Positions 9,121-19,282 are shown, numbered from the stretch's first letter. The stretch: 64,000 nucleotides of DNA from Patescibacteria group bacterium (GCA_023473585.1 JAMCYU010000005.1:762-64761); one strand, 5' to 3'. Numbers and translations are program-made. The notes: generated by a model from the sequence alone, not told the origin.

Positions 9121-10790
9121 TCTTCTAATTTGATGTCTTTGATTTTAAGATCCAATTTTTTTTGTCCTTGCCACTCGTCAACGGATAAAGTATAGGCAAT
9201 GTCAATTTTTTGCTCCCTGGAAAGTTTGGTAAAAAAATCACCTAAACCAAAAGCAACCGCCGAAATGGTTATGGGTAGCGAGTTTTGAGTTATGAGTAAT
9301 CTTAAATGTTTGCCGTCGGCGCCGATTTTTTTGGCTTCCTTAACTAAGACACAACGGCTGACAAAAACCGGTTCGGGATTGCCTAAACCGAAAGGCGCAA
9401 ATTGGGTCAATTTTTCAAAAAGTTCAAAACTTAAGACTTTGAGATTTATCTCGCAATCAAACTTTAAAACTCTGGTTAATTTTTCCTCATCCAGCTCCTG
9501 GTCGGCAATTTCGGTTAAACGTTTTTTAAAAAGTTCCAAGTGTTTCGTTTTAATGGTAAAACCGGCCGCCATCGGGTGTCCGCCGGCATCAATTAAAAGA
9601 TCCTCGGCTTTCCGGATGGTTTCGATAATATTAAAACCGTTAATCGATCTGGCCGATCCCTTGCTGTAGACTTCGCCTTCGGCGATGACGATTGAAGGCC
9701 GGTAAAATTTTTCGACCAATCTTCCGGCGACCAAACCGATGATTCCCTGGTTATAAGACCGGTGGGAAATATAAAGAAGATGGGCTTCTAAAGGACTTAT
9801 CCCCATTTGTTTTTTTAATAAATCTTCGGCGTGAAGAATCGTTTCCTCCATTAGTTTTTGCCGGTCACGATTAGTGACTTCTAATTCCCGAGCTAAACTT
9901 CTGGCCTTATCCTCATCTTTCGTACATAAAAGTCTTAAAGCATCCAGGGCGTGGGTTAATCTGCCCATGGCGTTTAGTCTTGGCGCCAAAACGTGGCTGA
10001 TATCATAAACGCTGATTTTTTCTTTGTTTATCTGCGCCTCTTTGATTAAGGCGTTAAGGCCTAATCTTTGGGTTTTCCTTAATTTTTCCAAACCATATTT
10101 AACCAAGATCCGATTCGTCCCTGTTAAGGAAACCATGTCGGCGACGGTTGCTATCGCTACCAGATCAAGGTAATCTTCGATTTCAAGTTTATCTTTAACG
10201 ATTTCACGCGCCAACATCCAGGCCACTCCTGTCCCGCAAAGATTGGTCGTATGAACAATGGCCAAAGCTTTCGGCCGTTTTTTCGAAGCCACGTGATGAT
10301 CGGTGATAATGACGTCTATGCCCAGTTTTTGGCAGTATTCGATTTTCTCCAGACTGCCGATTCCATGATCAACGGTTAAGATTAAGTCAACATTATATTC
10401 CTGCTTAAGAAAGTCAATGCCTTTTTGGGAAAGTCCGTAGCCTTCTTCAACCCGATGCGGAATATAGGGCATGACTTTCGCCCCCAATCTATATAGGGTT
10501 TCCCACAAAATGGCAGCCCCGCAAACGCCGTCGGCATCATAATCGCCATAAACCACGACCGACTCCTGCTTTTCTATGGCCTTTTTGATTCTTAAAACGG
10601 CTTTCTTCATTTGCAGAGGCTTAATTCCCAAGCTTCTAAAATCCAAACCTGAAGGTTGAGGAGGATTTAAGAAATCATTGATTTCTTTTTTCGTTTTTAA
10701 AAAACGATTCCGAAGAAGAATTTTTAAAATTTCTTCCGGGGTCTTATTTTGTTGACAACTTCCCCGATCAAGCCCTTGCCATTTTTTCAT
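9117..10790 (-). CDS. recJ: single-stranded-DNA exonuclease RecJ
   Basis: YGDYDADG, TVDHG, TDHH, PRLNAMGR, GSARS, GGHPMAAG. Confidence 0.96.
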   Translation of the reverse strand: MKKWQGLDRGSCQQNKTPEEILKILLRNRFLKTKKEINDFLNPPQPSGLDFRSLGIKPLQMKKAVLRIKKAIEKQESVVVYGDYDADGVCGAAILWETLYRLGAKVMPYIPHRVEEGYGLSQKGIDFLKQEYNVDLILTVDHGIGSLEKIEYCQKLGIDVIITDHHVASKKRPKALAIVHTTNLCGTGVAWMLAREIVKDKLEIEDYLDLVAIATVADMVSLTGTNRILVKYGLEKLRKTQRLGLNALIKEAQINKEKISVYDISHVLAPRLNAMGRLTHALDALRLLCTKDEDKARSLARELEVTNRDRQKLMEETILHAEDLLKKQMGISPLEAHLLYISHRSYNQGIIGLVAGRLVEKFYRPSIVIAEGEVYSKGSARSINGFNIIETIRKAEDLLIDAGGHPMAAGFTIKTKHLELFKKRLTEIADQELDEEKLTRVLKFDCEINLKVLSFELFEKLTQFAPFGLGNPEPVFVSRCVLVKEAKKIGADGKHLRLLITQNSLPITISAVAFGLGDFFTKLSREQKIDIAYTLSVDEWQGQKKLDLKIKDIKLED

Positions 10791-10816
10791 ATATTTATCT
10801 TTGATATAATAACATT

Positions 10817-12151
10817 ATGACCTATAAACTTCCACCTTCAGCGCAAAAAGTCCTGACGACCATGAAAAAAGCCGGTTTCGAAACTTATGCCGTCGGCGGT
10901 TCGGTCAGAGATCTTCTTATGGGAAGACCCACAAAAAATTGGGATTTTACGACTAGCGCTGTTCCTTCGGAGATTTTAAAAATTTACCCCGACGGGTTTT
11001 ATGACAATGCGTTTGGTACCGTCGGTGTCGCCTTAGAAAACGGCGAAATTTACGAAATCACGACTTTTCGGACGGAAAGTAATTACAAGGATCATCGTCA
11101 TCCGGAAAAAGTCTTATGGGGCCAAACTTTGCTAGAAGATTTGGGAAGACGGGACTTTACCGTTGGCGCCATCGCCTTTGACGGCAAAAATTTCATTGAT
11201 CCCTATAACGGCCAAAAAGATCTTAAAGATAAAATTATCCGTACTGTCGGCAACCCCAACCAACGCTTTGCCGAAGACGCGTTAAGACTGATGCGCGCCA
11301 TAAGAATTGCGACCGAACTGGAGTTTTTGCTTGAAGCGGAAACTTTTGCGGCGATTGTCGCTAACGCTGCCTTAATTAGAGAAATATCTTCTGAAAGAGT
11401 CAAGGAAGAACTCTTGAAAATTTTAGCGACCGATCATTCGGCCGACGGCATTGCGCTTTTAAAAAACGCCGGTCTTTTGCAGAAAATTTTGCCGGAAGTT
11501 GAAAAAGGCTTTGGCGTTAACCAGGTTTCACCCGGAAGACACCATCTTTATGATGTCGGCACGCATTCTTTCCTGTCGCTTAAATTTTGTCCGTCTCAAG
11601 ATCCGTTGGTTCGCCTGGCGACTTTAATTCACGATATCGGTAAACCAGCCACTTTTAAACAAGACGAAAAAGGTTTAATTACTTTTTACAATCATGAAGT
11701 TATCGGCGCTTCTTTGGCCCGCCATCTGGCAGACAGACTTAAGCTTTCAAAAAAAGACCGTGACCGTTTAGTTACCATGGTCCGCTGGCATCAATTTTCC
11801 GTTGATGAGAAACAAACCGATTCGGCGTTGCGCCGGTTTATAAGAAGGGTCGGAAAAGAGAATCTTAAAGACATGTTGGATTTACGCATCGGCGATCGCT
11901 TGGGCGGCGGCGCCAGAGAAACTTCTTGGAGATTAAAGCTTTTTATAAAACGCCTGGATGAGGTTCAAAAACAGCCTTTTACCGTCGCCGATCTGAAAGT
12001 TGACGGCCATGATGTTATGGAAATTTTAAATCTTGACTCCGGTCCAAAGGTCGGAGAAATTTTAAATATGTTATTTAATGAAGTCGTCGAAAAAGGTGAA
12101 CCCAACGAAAGAAGTTCTTTATTAAAGAAAATTAAAAACTTAACCTCTTAA
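10817..12151 (+). CDS. cca: CCA-adding tRNA nucleotidyltransferase with HD domain
   Basis: VGGSVRD, NWDFT, RRDFT, EDALRLMRA, HD motif (IHDIGK); first catalytic acidic position is Asn (NWD rather than DxD). Confidence 0.85.
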   Translation: MTYKLPPSAQKVLTTMKKAGFETYAVGGSVRDLLMGRPTKNWDFTTSAVPSEILKIYPDGFYDNAFGTVGVALENGEIYEITTFRTESNYKDHRHPEKVLWGQTLLEDLGRRDFTVGAIAFDGKNFIDPYNGQKDLKDKIIRTVGNPNQRFAEDALRLMRAIRIATELEFLLEAETFAAIVANAALIREISSERVKEELLKILATDHSADGIALLKNAGLLQKILPEVEKGFGVNQVSPGRHHLYDVGTHSFLSLKFCPSQDPLVRLATLIHDIGKPATFKQDEKGLITFYNHEVIGASLARHLADRLKLSKKDRDRLVTMVRWHQFSVDEKQTDSALRRFIRRVGKENLKDMLDLRIGDRLGGGARETSWRLKLFIKRLDEVQKQPFTVADLKVDGHDVMEILNLDSGPKVGEILNMLFNEVVEKGEPNERSSLLKKIKNLTS

Positions 12152-13033
12152 CTTTCTTTTTCTCTCTTCCCATTTTTGCCAGAGAACCAGAATCGGGGTG
12201 GCCACAAAGGGCGAGGAATAAGTGCCGGAAATCGTTCCAACCAAAAGAGCCAAGATAAAAAATTTCGTTGTTTGTCCGCCCAAAAGCAAAAGCGCCAAAA
12301 GCATAAAAACAATCGTTAGAGAATTATTTAAAGACCTTCCCATCGTTTCCGTGACCGCTTTATTTGTCATGGTTTCAAAATCGCCCCCGGGATTTTTCCT
12401 TAAAGTTTCCCTGATTCTATCAAAAACGACAATCGTATCGTGAACAGAAAAGCTCATGGTGGTTAAAACCGCCGTTACAAAAAGCGTGTCGATTTCAACT
12501 TTCCAAAAATGTCCCAAAAGGGAAAAAATTCCCACCATAACCAAAACATCATGGAAAAGCGCCAAAATCGCGGAAACGCCGAATTTTAAATTTTTAAAAG
12601 CATAAGCCACGTAAGAGAGAATACCCAAAATGGCTAAGATCGCCGCAATAAAGGTTTTTTGTAAAAGTTCCTGACCTAAAATCGGGCCGACGGTCTCAAA
12701 TCTCGTTTGCTGAATTGGAGGATATTCTTTTTTCAAAACTTCTATGATCTTTTCATTTTGCTCCGAAGTTATCGTTTTTAATCTTAGCAAACAAGTTTTT
12801 TCTCCTGACGACTGAAGAGTTCCTAAATCAACATTATTTTCCGAAAAAATTTGTCTCACTTTAGCAGCCACCCCAGCGTCCTGGCATTGAACATTGGTTA
12901 TTTCCATTAGGGTTCCGCCGACAAAATCAATTGAGGGTTTAAAACCCCATTTGAAAAGAGAAAAAAGACCGGGAACTAAAACCAAACTTGAGATTAAAAG
13001 ATAGACCCATTTATAACGCATAAAAGGAATCAT
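12140..13033 (-). CDS. secF: protein translocase subunit SecF
   Basis: IDFVGGT, VGP..G.EL, HDTIVVFDRIRE, GTYSS. Confidence 0.96.
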   Translation of the reverse strand: MIPFMRYKWVYLLISSLVLVPGLFSLFKWGFKPSIDFVGGTLMEITNVQCQDAGVAAKVRQIFSENNVDLGTLQSSGEKTCLLRLKTITSEQNEKIIEVLKKEYPPIQQTRFETVGPILGQELLQKTFIAAILAILGILSYVAYAFKNLKFGVSAILALFHDVLVMVGIFSLLGHFWKVEIDTLFVTAVLTTMSFSVHDTIVVFDRIRETLRKNPGGDFETMTNKAVTETMGRSLNNSLTIVFMLLALLLLGGQTTKFFILALLVGTISGTYSSPFVATPILVLWQKWEERKRKLRG

Positions 13034-14400
13034 TTTTGTACCTGGGAAGACATAAAGCCTTTCCAGCTCCCTTTAAAAAAGACGCGGATTAAAGTTCTGG
13101 TGACAATAATCCCCGTAAATAAACTCAGCAAAACACCGACGGCCAAATTAAGAGCAAAACCCCTAACCATACCAAATGAAGGTAAAAAACCCCAACCCAT
13201 GGGGTTAAAAAGTATAAAACAGGTTAAAAGAGTCGTAAAATTAGCATCCCTGATTGAATCCCAGGCCCGGCCAAAACCCAATTCCATGGCTATCTGCCAC
13301 TGTTTTCCGCTTCTTAATTCTTCCTTCATTCTTTCGAAAATTAAAATATTGGCATCAACGGCCATCCCGATTGATAAAATAAAACCGGCAATCCCGGGCA
13401 AAGTTAGAGTGATGGGTATTATTTTAAATATCGCCAACGATAAAAGACCGTAAATCATCAAAGCGACATCCGCTAAAAAACCCAAAGAGCCATAATACAA
13501 CCACATAAAGACCATGACCATGCCTAAACCAAGAGCGCCGGCGCGGAGACTTTTTTGCACCGATTCCTGTCCCAGGGTTGCGCCCACCGATCGCTCTTCC
13601 AAAACTTTAATCGGCACCGGCAAAGCTCCGGCATTAAGTTGTCGGGCCAGTTTTTTAGCCTCATCCGTCGTAAACTGACCGGTAATTCTGCCCTTACCGC
13701 CGGTAATGGGTTCCTGAACCGTCGGATCAGAAATAATCTTTTCATCAAGAAAGATCGGCATTCTTTGATTAACCAGTCTCGTGGTTAAATCACTGAATTT
13801 TTTGCCGCCTTCATCGGTAAATTCAATCGCCACATAAGGATTACCGTCATTGGGATCAAATTCAATCGCAGCTCTTTTCAAATCTTTGCCGGTAATTCCG
13901 GTTTCCTTGGTATTGTTAAGGGAAAAATCGGCACTCTGGGTCGAAATCCATTCACGAAACTCCAATTTGGCGGTTTGACCGATCTCCGCTATCGCCCTGT
14001 CTTTCTCTTTAATTCCGGGAAGCTCGACAATGATTCGAAAACTTTCGCCGACTTTAGCCGACTGAACAACGGGTTCAGTCAAACCATAAAAATTAACCCG
14101 GCGTTCGATCACCGATCTGGCAGAATCCAAAGCCTGATTCCGATCTTGATCCTTAATCTCTTTCATGTCCGCTTCAAGAATTAAATGAGTTCCTCCCTGA
14201 AGATCCAAACCCAAATGGGTATAGATTTCTTTACTGATTTTAAAACTGCCCAAAGCAAAATTAAAATCAGGGGCGGAAATAACCTGGTCAATTTTAAATT
14301 GACCCAAAGTCAGTTTCAAAGGATAGTTTTTAGGTAAATCAATAAAAAAAGACAAAACCGTCAAGAAGATAATTAAAAGTAAAAGCCTTTGTGGTCTCAT
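13030..14400 (-). CDS. secD: protein translocase subunit SecD
   Basis: LGLDLQGG, GALPVP, GMAVDANILIFER. Confidence 0.96.
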   Translation of the reverse strand: MRPQRLLLLIIFLTVLSFFIDLPKNYPLKLTLGQFKIDQVISAPDFNFALGSFKISKEIYTHLGLDLQGGTHLILEADMKEIKDQDRNQALDSARSVIERRVNFYGLTEPVVQSAKVGESFRIIVELPGIKEKDRAIAEIGQTAKLEFREWISTQSADFSLNNTKETGITGKDLKRAAIEFDPNDGNPYVAIEFTDEGGKKFSDLTTRLVNQRMPIFLDEKIISDPTVQEPITGGKGRITGQFTTDEAKKLARQLNAGALPVPIKVLEERSVGATLGQESVQKSLRAGALGLGMVMVFMWLYYGSLGFLADVALMIYGLLSLAIFKIIPITLTLPGIAGFILSIGMAVDANILIFERMKEELRSGKQWQIAMELGFGRAWDSIRDANFTTLLTCFILFNPMGWGFLPSFGMVRGFALNLAVGVLLSLFTGIIVTRTLIRVFFKGSWKGFMSSQVQK

Positions 14401-14443
14401 GAGGGCATTATATAATATCTAAAAGAGATGTCAAAGATAAAAT

Positions 14444-14644
14444 TTAAGTTTTTTTTCTCAAAGAGAGAATATTTTCGGAAAGAGGCAATTGTTGAGCTCC
14501 GAAAAATTTATACAAAATTTCGGCTTTTTCCGGCCGGGCAAAAACTTTAACGCTCTCGCCGGCTTTAATGCCCAAACTTTTACCAAAATCCGCCGGCACC
14601 ACGACCGCCAGACTGTTTCCGGTTTTTAAGATTTTTTGGACCAT
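14444..14644 (-). CDS. AbrB/MazE/SpoVT-type DNA-binding protein
   Basis: KILKTGNSLAVVVP...LGIKAGE.V swapped-hairpin signature; start abuts upstream stop. Confidence 0.8.
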   Translation of the reverse strand: MVQKILKTGNSLAVVVPADFGKSLGIKAGESVKVFARPEKAEILYKFFGAQQLPLSENILSLRKKT

Positions 14645-15220
14645 TTAGGAAATCAACTCCTCCTCATCACCTATGATCATAACGCGTAACCCGCTTAGAA
14701 TATCGGTGATAAAAGGATCGCGTCTTTTCTTGCGAAATTCAAACTCGTCTTCGGTCATCACCGTATAATTAATTTCCTTGTCGCGCCTGGCCTCTTCACT
14801 CCGAACAATTTGGGCCAATTCCGGTAAAACGATGTTGCCGACAACCAAAAGGTCAACTTTTTCTCCGGTAGCTTGCGTGCCGCGGATAAAATTTCCGGAT
14901 AACATCGCAAATTTAACTCTGCCCAGTTTGGCTCTGTTTTTAAGAAGATCAAAACCCAAGCCTTTGGTTTTGGCCACCAATTCTAAGAGCTCGAAATAAA
15001 GAGGATAATCGCGGCGAAAAGTATAATAAAGCCTGTTGGCACGGGGCTCTTTAGAAACCATGCTCGCCTTCTCCATATGAGCCAATTCCCTTCTTACGGC
15101 ATTGATTTCCTCGTCGGTCTGTCTGACCATTTCTCTAACATGGAAAATTTTACCGGGACTTCCTAAAAAAAGTTCAAGAAGTTTAACCCGAACGCGAGAG
15201 ATAATTAAATCCTCAAGCAT
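14645..15220 (-). CDS. winged-helix protein with degenerate nucleotidyltransferase-like C-terminal domain
   Basis: N-terminal wHTH (HVREMVR..INAVRREL); C-terminal SG.F...VDLLVVG...EINYTV. Confidence 0.75.
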   Translation of the reverse strand: MLEDLIISRVRVKLLELFLGSPGKIFHVREMVRQTDEEINAVRRELAHMEKASMVSKEPRANRLYYTFRRDYPLYFELLELVAKTKGLGFDLLKNRAKLGRVKFAMLSGNFIRGTQATGEKVDLLVVGNIVLPELAQIVRSEEARRDKEINYTVMTEDEFEFRKKRRDPFITDILSGLRVMIIGDEEELIS

Positions 15221-15263
15221 AGACTCTCCTTTTCGGGCAGTCCGCCATTCTTGGCGGAAAAAA

Positions 15264-16436
15264 TTATTGATATTTAATTTCTGTCCCTGTGGCTAAAACC
15301 TCGAGCCAAATTTGCCCTCGATTAAATTCAATTTCCTTACCCTTACTGTCATAAAATTTCGTTCTGGCGGTTCTGGATTTTTTCTGCCAGGTTCCTTCAA
15401 TTTTCTGGCCGTCGAGTAAAATTGCTGCCTTGCCGCTTCCAATCGTCTCGTAAAGAACATGAGCGTGTTCATCAACGCCGTCGGTTTCTTTGGTAAACTG
15501 CAAAACAATATTTTTGGCTGTTAATTGCTGATTTTCTTCTAAATCATTATGAGGAACACCGCCATTAAAACGTTTATAGCTGTTTTCCGACTTATTATAT
15601 TCCCAACGGACACCATATTCTTTTTCGTAACCCTTCCAGGCGGCAAATTCGGCAGAAAAAGTGGCCGGCCGATCGGCTTCCTTGGCATCGTCTTTAAATT
15701 TCCAGGGTTCAAAAGATTTATTCCAGGCAATTCCGTCCTCATCAACATTCGTCCACTTTTTTTCCTTGGCGATGTCATATAAATTATCGGAAAGACAGAT
15801 CATTTGGTGTTCGGTCGCGACCGGGTGATTAAGCCGGTCGGGATTACGGTAACAATCGGGGAAACCAATCCCGAACTGGTCTAAATCTTTAATCCCATAT
15901 TGATCAATTTGACAAAGGGCTTTAGCCCGAGGATCAACCGTCGGGTCATTACACCGGCCGGCGCCACCGACATGATTATATAAAGCGTCATATTCGGAGA
16001 CCCAATCAACGAAATAAGTCCGAGCGGAACGAACCGGACCCATGGTTAAATTTTTCGCCGCGACAGCGCAATAAAAAACGCCCATAAATCTGGTAATCCC
16101 ACCTTCGGCAACGGCTTCATAAATAATATCGGCTCTGGCTAAGCCCGATTGGGGTCTGGCTTCGACGTGATTTTCAATCATGACCGCCAGGGGCCGGCGC
16201 GTCTCCCAAACATCTTTTTCATTTTTCGTGAATTTAGCGCCGTTTAAAATACAGGTTTCCGTTTTTGGCCCGGAAATATCAAATTTAAAACCGGTCGCTT
16301 TGTCAGCCAACGGCGAGGCCACTTCTTGAGCGCCTCTGGTTTTTAAAGAATTAAAAACGGCGTAAGAAAGACCGGTCGAAACTAAATAAAGGACTAAACC
16401 CGTCACGATTGATAAAACTAGTTTCTTTTTTTCCAT
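15264..16436 (-). CDS. DUF3048 (YerB-like) membrane-anchored protein
   Basis: RPLAVMIEN, ARPQSGL, YEAVAEGGITR, GPVRSAR, N-terminal TM. Confidence 0.85.
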   Translation of the reverse strand: MEKKKLVLSIVTGLVLYLVSTGLSYAVFNSLKTRGAQEVASPLADKATGFKFDISGPKTETCILNGAKFTKNEKDVWETRRPLAVMIENHVEARPQSGLARADIIYEAVAEGGITRFMGVFYCAVAAKNLTMGPVRSARTYFVDWVSEYDALYNHVGGAGRCNDPTVDPRAKALCQIDQYGIKDLDQFGIGFPDCYRNPDRLNHPVATEHQMICLSDNLYDIAKEKKWTNVDEDGIAWNKSFEPWKFKDDAKEADRPATFSAEFAAWKGYEKEYGVRWEYNKSENSYKRFNGGVPHNDLEENQQLTAKNIVLQFTKETDGVDEHAHVLYETIGSGKAAILLDGQKIEGTWQKKSRTARTKFYDSKGKEIEFNRGQIWLEVLATGTEIKYQ

Positions 16437-16450
16437 TTTTACTCCTTTGT

Positions 16451-16927
16451 TTAAGAAATCTTTTCAGCTATTCTAATTGTTTCTTTTTCTTCATGGGAAA
16501 GCTCATGTTCCTTTCCCTGTCCCTTGCTGATCGTTTTTCCGTACCATCTGGTTCCTGTCCGACCATGAAGAGAGGTTAAAACCACACCGTCATTTTCTCC
16601 GTTTAAAAGGGCTAAAACAAAACTCTGGTCGCTGCCGACCTCGTTAAAAGGATTGAAACGCAAAAGACCGACCTTCTGAATATGAGTTAAACTTTCAATT
16701 TTCTGTAATTCCGTTTTTTTCTTTAATTCCTCAATCTGCTGTTTTGAAATTTCCATGTCTTTCAAAATCTTTTCGAGAATTTCGCTTAGATTTTTTTTAT
16801 TTGTTCTGGCAATCAACCGATTATAATGTTTTTTTAATTTGAAATAGAGAAAAGAGAGAATCCCAAGCCAGACAAAGAAAACTGACAGAATAAAGAAAAC
16901 TGCTTGTTGGTTTAAATTGAACACCAT
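16451..16927 (-). CDS. DUF4446 family protein
   Basis: TM, coiled coil, QKVGLLRFNPF..GSDQSF, LSHEEK. Confidence 0.85.
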   Translation of the reverse strand: MVFNLNQQAVFFILSVFFVWLGILSFLYFKLKKHYNRLIARTNKKNLSEILEKILKDMEISKQQIEELKKKTELQKIESLTHIQKVGLLRFNPFNEVGSDQSFVLALLNGENDGVVLTSLHGRTGTRWYGKTISKGQGKEHELSHEEKETIRIAEKIS

Positions 16928-17027
16928 CGTTGCTCAGCCATTGTATTAACTTCCTACTTTTTTGTCAAGACATTAATTCAGTTGTTTTATTTGACTTTAT
17001 GATCACAAATATGCTATATCTTTTTTC

Positions 17028-17345
17028 GTGCCTAAAAAAACCAGACAAGAAAAAATTATTGCCGAATTGCGTAGAAAACTTGAAACCACAAAAGCTCAAG
17101 GCCCGGAAACGGAACCAAGAATTACCGATCTTCGGGTAGATCAAAAGATTAATTCAGGCTATCGTTTACCCGACCAACCAATATCTTCTCCAAAGACATC
17201 AACGATAACAATGCCGTCAACGGCAGACATTATAAGAGACCTTAAAAAAACTTTTTTGTTGACCGGACTTGCAATCAGCTTTGAAATTATAGTATATTGG
17301 TTGACAGAACTTGGCGGAAATAAATTATTACATATTTTTAAATAG
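17028..17345 (+). CDS. hypothetical protein with C-terminal TM
   Basis: GTG start, MPKKTRQEKIIAELRR, DLKKT followed by hydrophobic helix. Confidence 0.7.
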   Translation: MPKKTRQEKIIAELRRKLETTKAQGPETEPRITDLRVDQKINSGYRLPDQPISSPKTSTITMPSTADIIRDLKKTFLLTGLAISFEIIVYWLTELGGNKLLHIFK

Positions 17346-17476
17346 TTCACAGAGTAACAAGATATAATCTGCGGCAAGCGTTGGTTAGAGAGTGCCGCTT
17401 GCCGTATCAATTTAGGGAAAATCGTTGGGAAAAAACCGCTAGGTTTTGTCCCATTTGAAGGGAGGTGAAGAAATTT

Positions 17477-17620
17477 ATGGCCAGTATGTATTGTGTTAAA
17501 TGCCGCGCCAAAAGAGATGATCCGAACGCACAACCAGTCACGATGAAAAATGGCAAACCAGCTTTAAAAGGCAAGTGTCCGGTCTGCGGTACGGGTATGT
17601 ATAAGATAGGCGCCGCGTAA
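17477..17620 (+). CDS. 47-aa zinc-ribbon protein (DUF5679-like); missed by ORF track
   Basis: MASMYCVKCRAKRDDPNAQPVTMKNGKPALKGKCPVCGTGMYKIGAA; two CxxC; strong SD GGGAGGTGA. Confidence 0.9.
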   Translation: MASMYCVKCRAKRDDPNAQPVTMKNGKPALKGKCPVCGTGMYKIGAA

Positions 17621-17660
17621 ATCTCTTAATTTCTTTAGGAGATCTTTTAAAGAAAATTAA

Positions 17661-17693
17661 AAAACCCGACCTTTTATTTTTTGGTCGGGTTTT
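17661..17693. terminator. bidirectional intrinsic terminator
   Basis: AAAACCCGACC...GGTCGGGTTTT inverted repeat between convergent genes, T/A runs on both sides. Confidence 0.8.
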
Positions 17694-17699
17694 GGGTTT

Positions 17700-19232
17700 T
17701 TAAAGAAGTTGTTCTTTAGGCCGATATTGCAAAGCTTCGGCGATATGCGTCGCCGAAATTTCTTTTTCACTTTCCAAATCGGCAATGGTTCTTCCTAATT
17801 TGATAATTCGATAGTAACTCCTGGCGGACAAATTCATTTGCATGACGGCCTGACGTAAAAGATTAAGGCACTCGGTGGATAATTCACAAAATTGCTTGAC
17901 TTCTTTAGTTCCCATTTCCGCATTATTTTTAAGATTTATTCCTTTGAATCTTTTCGTTTGTTGGTCTCTGGCTTTTTGGACTCTTTTTTTAATCTCTTTT
18001 GAGTTTTCCGTTTTAAATTTTGAGTTTTCCGTTAGTTTTTCTATCTTGACGGCCGGAACCTCAAGATGTAAATCAATTCTGTCCATAATCGGTCCGGAAA
18101 TTCTTTTTTGATAGCGGATAATTTGTCCGGGCAAACAAAGACAGGTTTTGACGGGATCGCCCAAATAACCGCAGGGACAGGGATTGGCGGCGGCGACTAA
18201 AATAAATTTCGCCGGAAAACTGACCTGGCCGGCCGCCCGGGAAATCGTCACAATCCCATCTTCAATGGGCTGACGCAAAGCTTCCAAGACGCCTCTGGGG
18301 AATTCCGAAAATTCGTCCAAAAATAAAATGCCCCGATGGGCTAAAGAAATTTCTCCGGGCATGGGATGAGTACCACCGCCGATTAAACCGATGCGGGAAG
18401 TCGTATGATGCGGCGCCCGGAAAGGACGATTTTTAATGATCGATTCACCCGGCGGCAGATTGCCGGTGATCGAATAAATTTTTGTCACTTCCAAAGCTTC
18501 TTCTTCGGTTAAGTCCGGCAAAATGCCCGGAAGAGCCCGGGAAAGCATCGTCTTTCCGGCGCCCGGAACACCTCTCATAAAGATATTGTGCCCGCCGGCG
18601 GCGGCAATTTCCAAGGCCCGTTTAACGTGTTCTTGCCCTTTAATATCGGCAAAATCAAACTCCGCCAGAACACCGGTTTTTAATTTGGCAAAAGTAAGAT
18701 GTTTTTGCGACGTGATTTTTTCGTCGGTTGTTAAATGATGAAAAAGCTGCAGAAGAGAAACCACGGGCATAACTTTGATACCATTAACCACGGCTGCCTC
18801 AAGGCTGTTGACGCTGGGCAGAAAAACCTGATCAAATTTTTTTTCTTTAGCCAGAATCGTCATCGGCAAAACACCGTTGGTATGACGCAGACTGCCGTCA
18901 AGCGAAAGCTCGCCTAAAACTAAAGTTTTCGTCAAATCAGCGGTTAGTTGACCGGAGGCGATTAAAAGACCCAAAGCTATGGGCAAGTCAAAACCCGGGC
19001 CTTCTTTGGGTAAATCGGCGGGGGCCAAATTTACGGTGATTCGCTTCGGCGGAAAATCGGCACCGGAATTTTTTAAAGCGCTTCTTACTCTTTCTTTGGC
19101 TTCCTCAACCGCCTTATCGGGAAGACCGACGATGGTAAAAGAAGGCAGACCCTGCGAGGCAATATCAACCTCAACCTCAATCGGTACACTTTCCAAACCC
19201 ACCGTCGCCCCGGAAAAAACCTTCGCCAACAT
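17700..19232 (-). CDS. comM: YifB/ComM Mg-chelatase-like AAA+ ATPase
   Basis: IVGLPD, NLAPADLPKEG, GVPGAGKT, PFRAPHH, LAHRGILFLDE, NPCPCG. Confidence 0.93.
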   Translation of the reverse strand: MLAKVFSGATVGLESVPIEVEVDIASQGLPSFTIVGLPDKAVEEAKERVRSALKNSGADFPPKRITVNLAPADLPKEGPGFDLPIALGLLIASGQLTADLTKTLVLGELSLDGSLRHTNGVLPMTILAKEKKFDQVFLPSVNSLEAAVVNGIKVMPVVSLLQLFHHLTTDEKITSQKHLTFAKLKTGVLAEFDFADIKGQEHVKRALEIAAAGGHNIFMRGVPGAGKTMLSRALPGILPDLTEEEALEVTKIYSITGNLPPGESIIKNRPFRAPHHTTSRIGLIGGGTHPMPGEISLAHRGILFLDEFSEFPRGVLEALRQPIEDGIVTISRAAGQVSFPAKFILVAAANPCPCGYLGDPVKTCLCLPGQIIRYQKRISGPIMDRIDLHLEVPAVKIEKLTENSKFKTENSKEIKKRVQKARDQQTKRFKGINLKNNAEMGTKEVKQFCELSTECLNLLRQAVMQMNLSARSYYRIIKLGRTIADLESEKEISATHIAEALQYRPKEQLL

Positions 19233-19282
19233 GATTTAATTGTCTCAAATAAAAATGAGAATCTCAAGACGACTTTCAAGAT

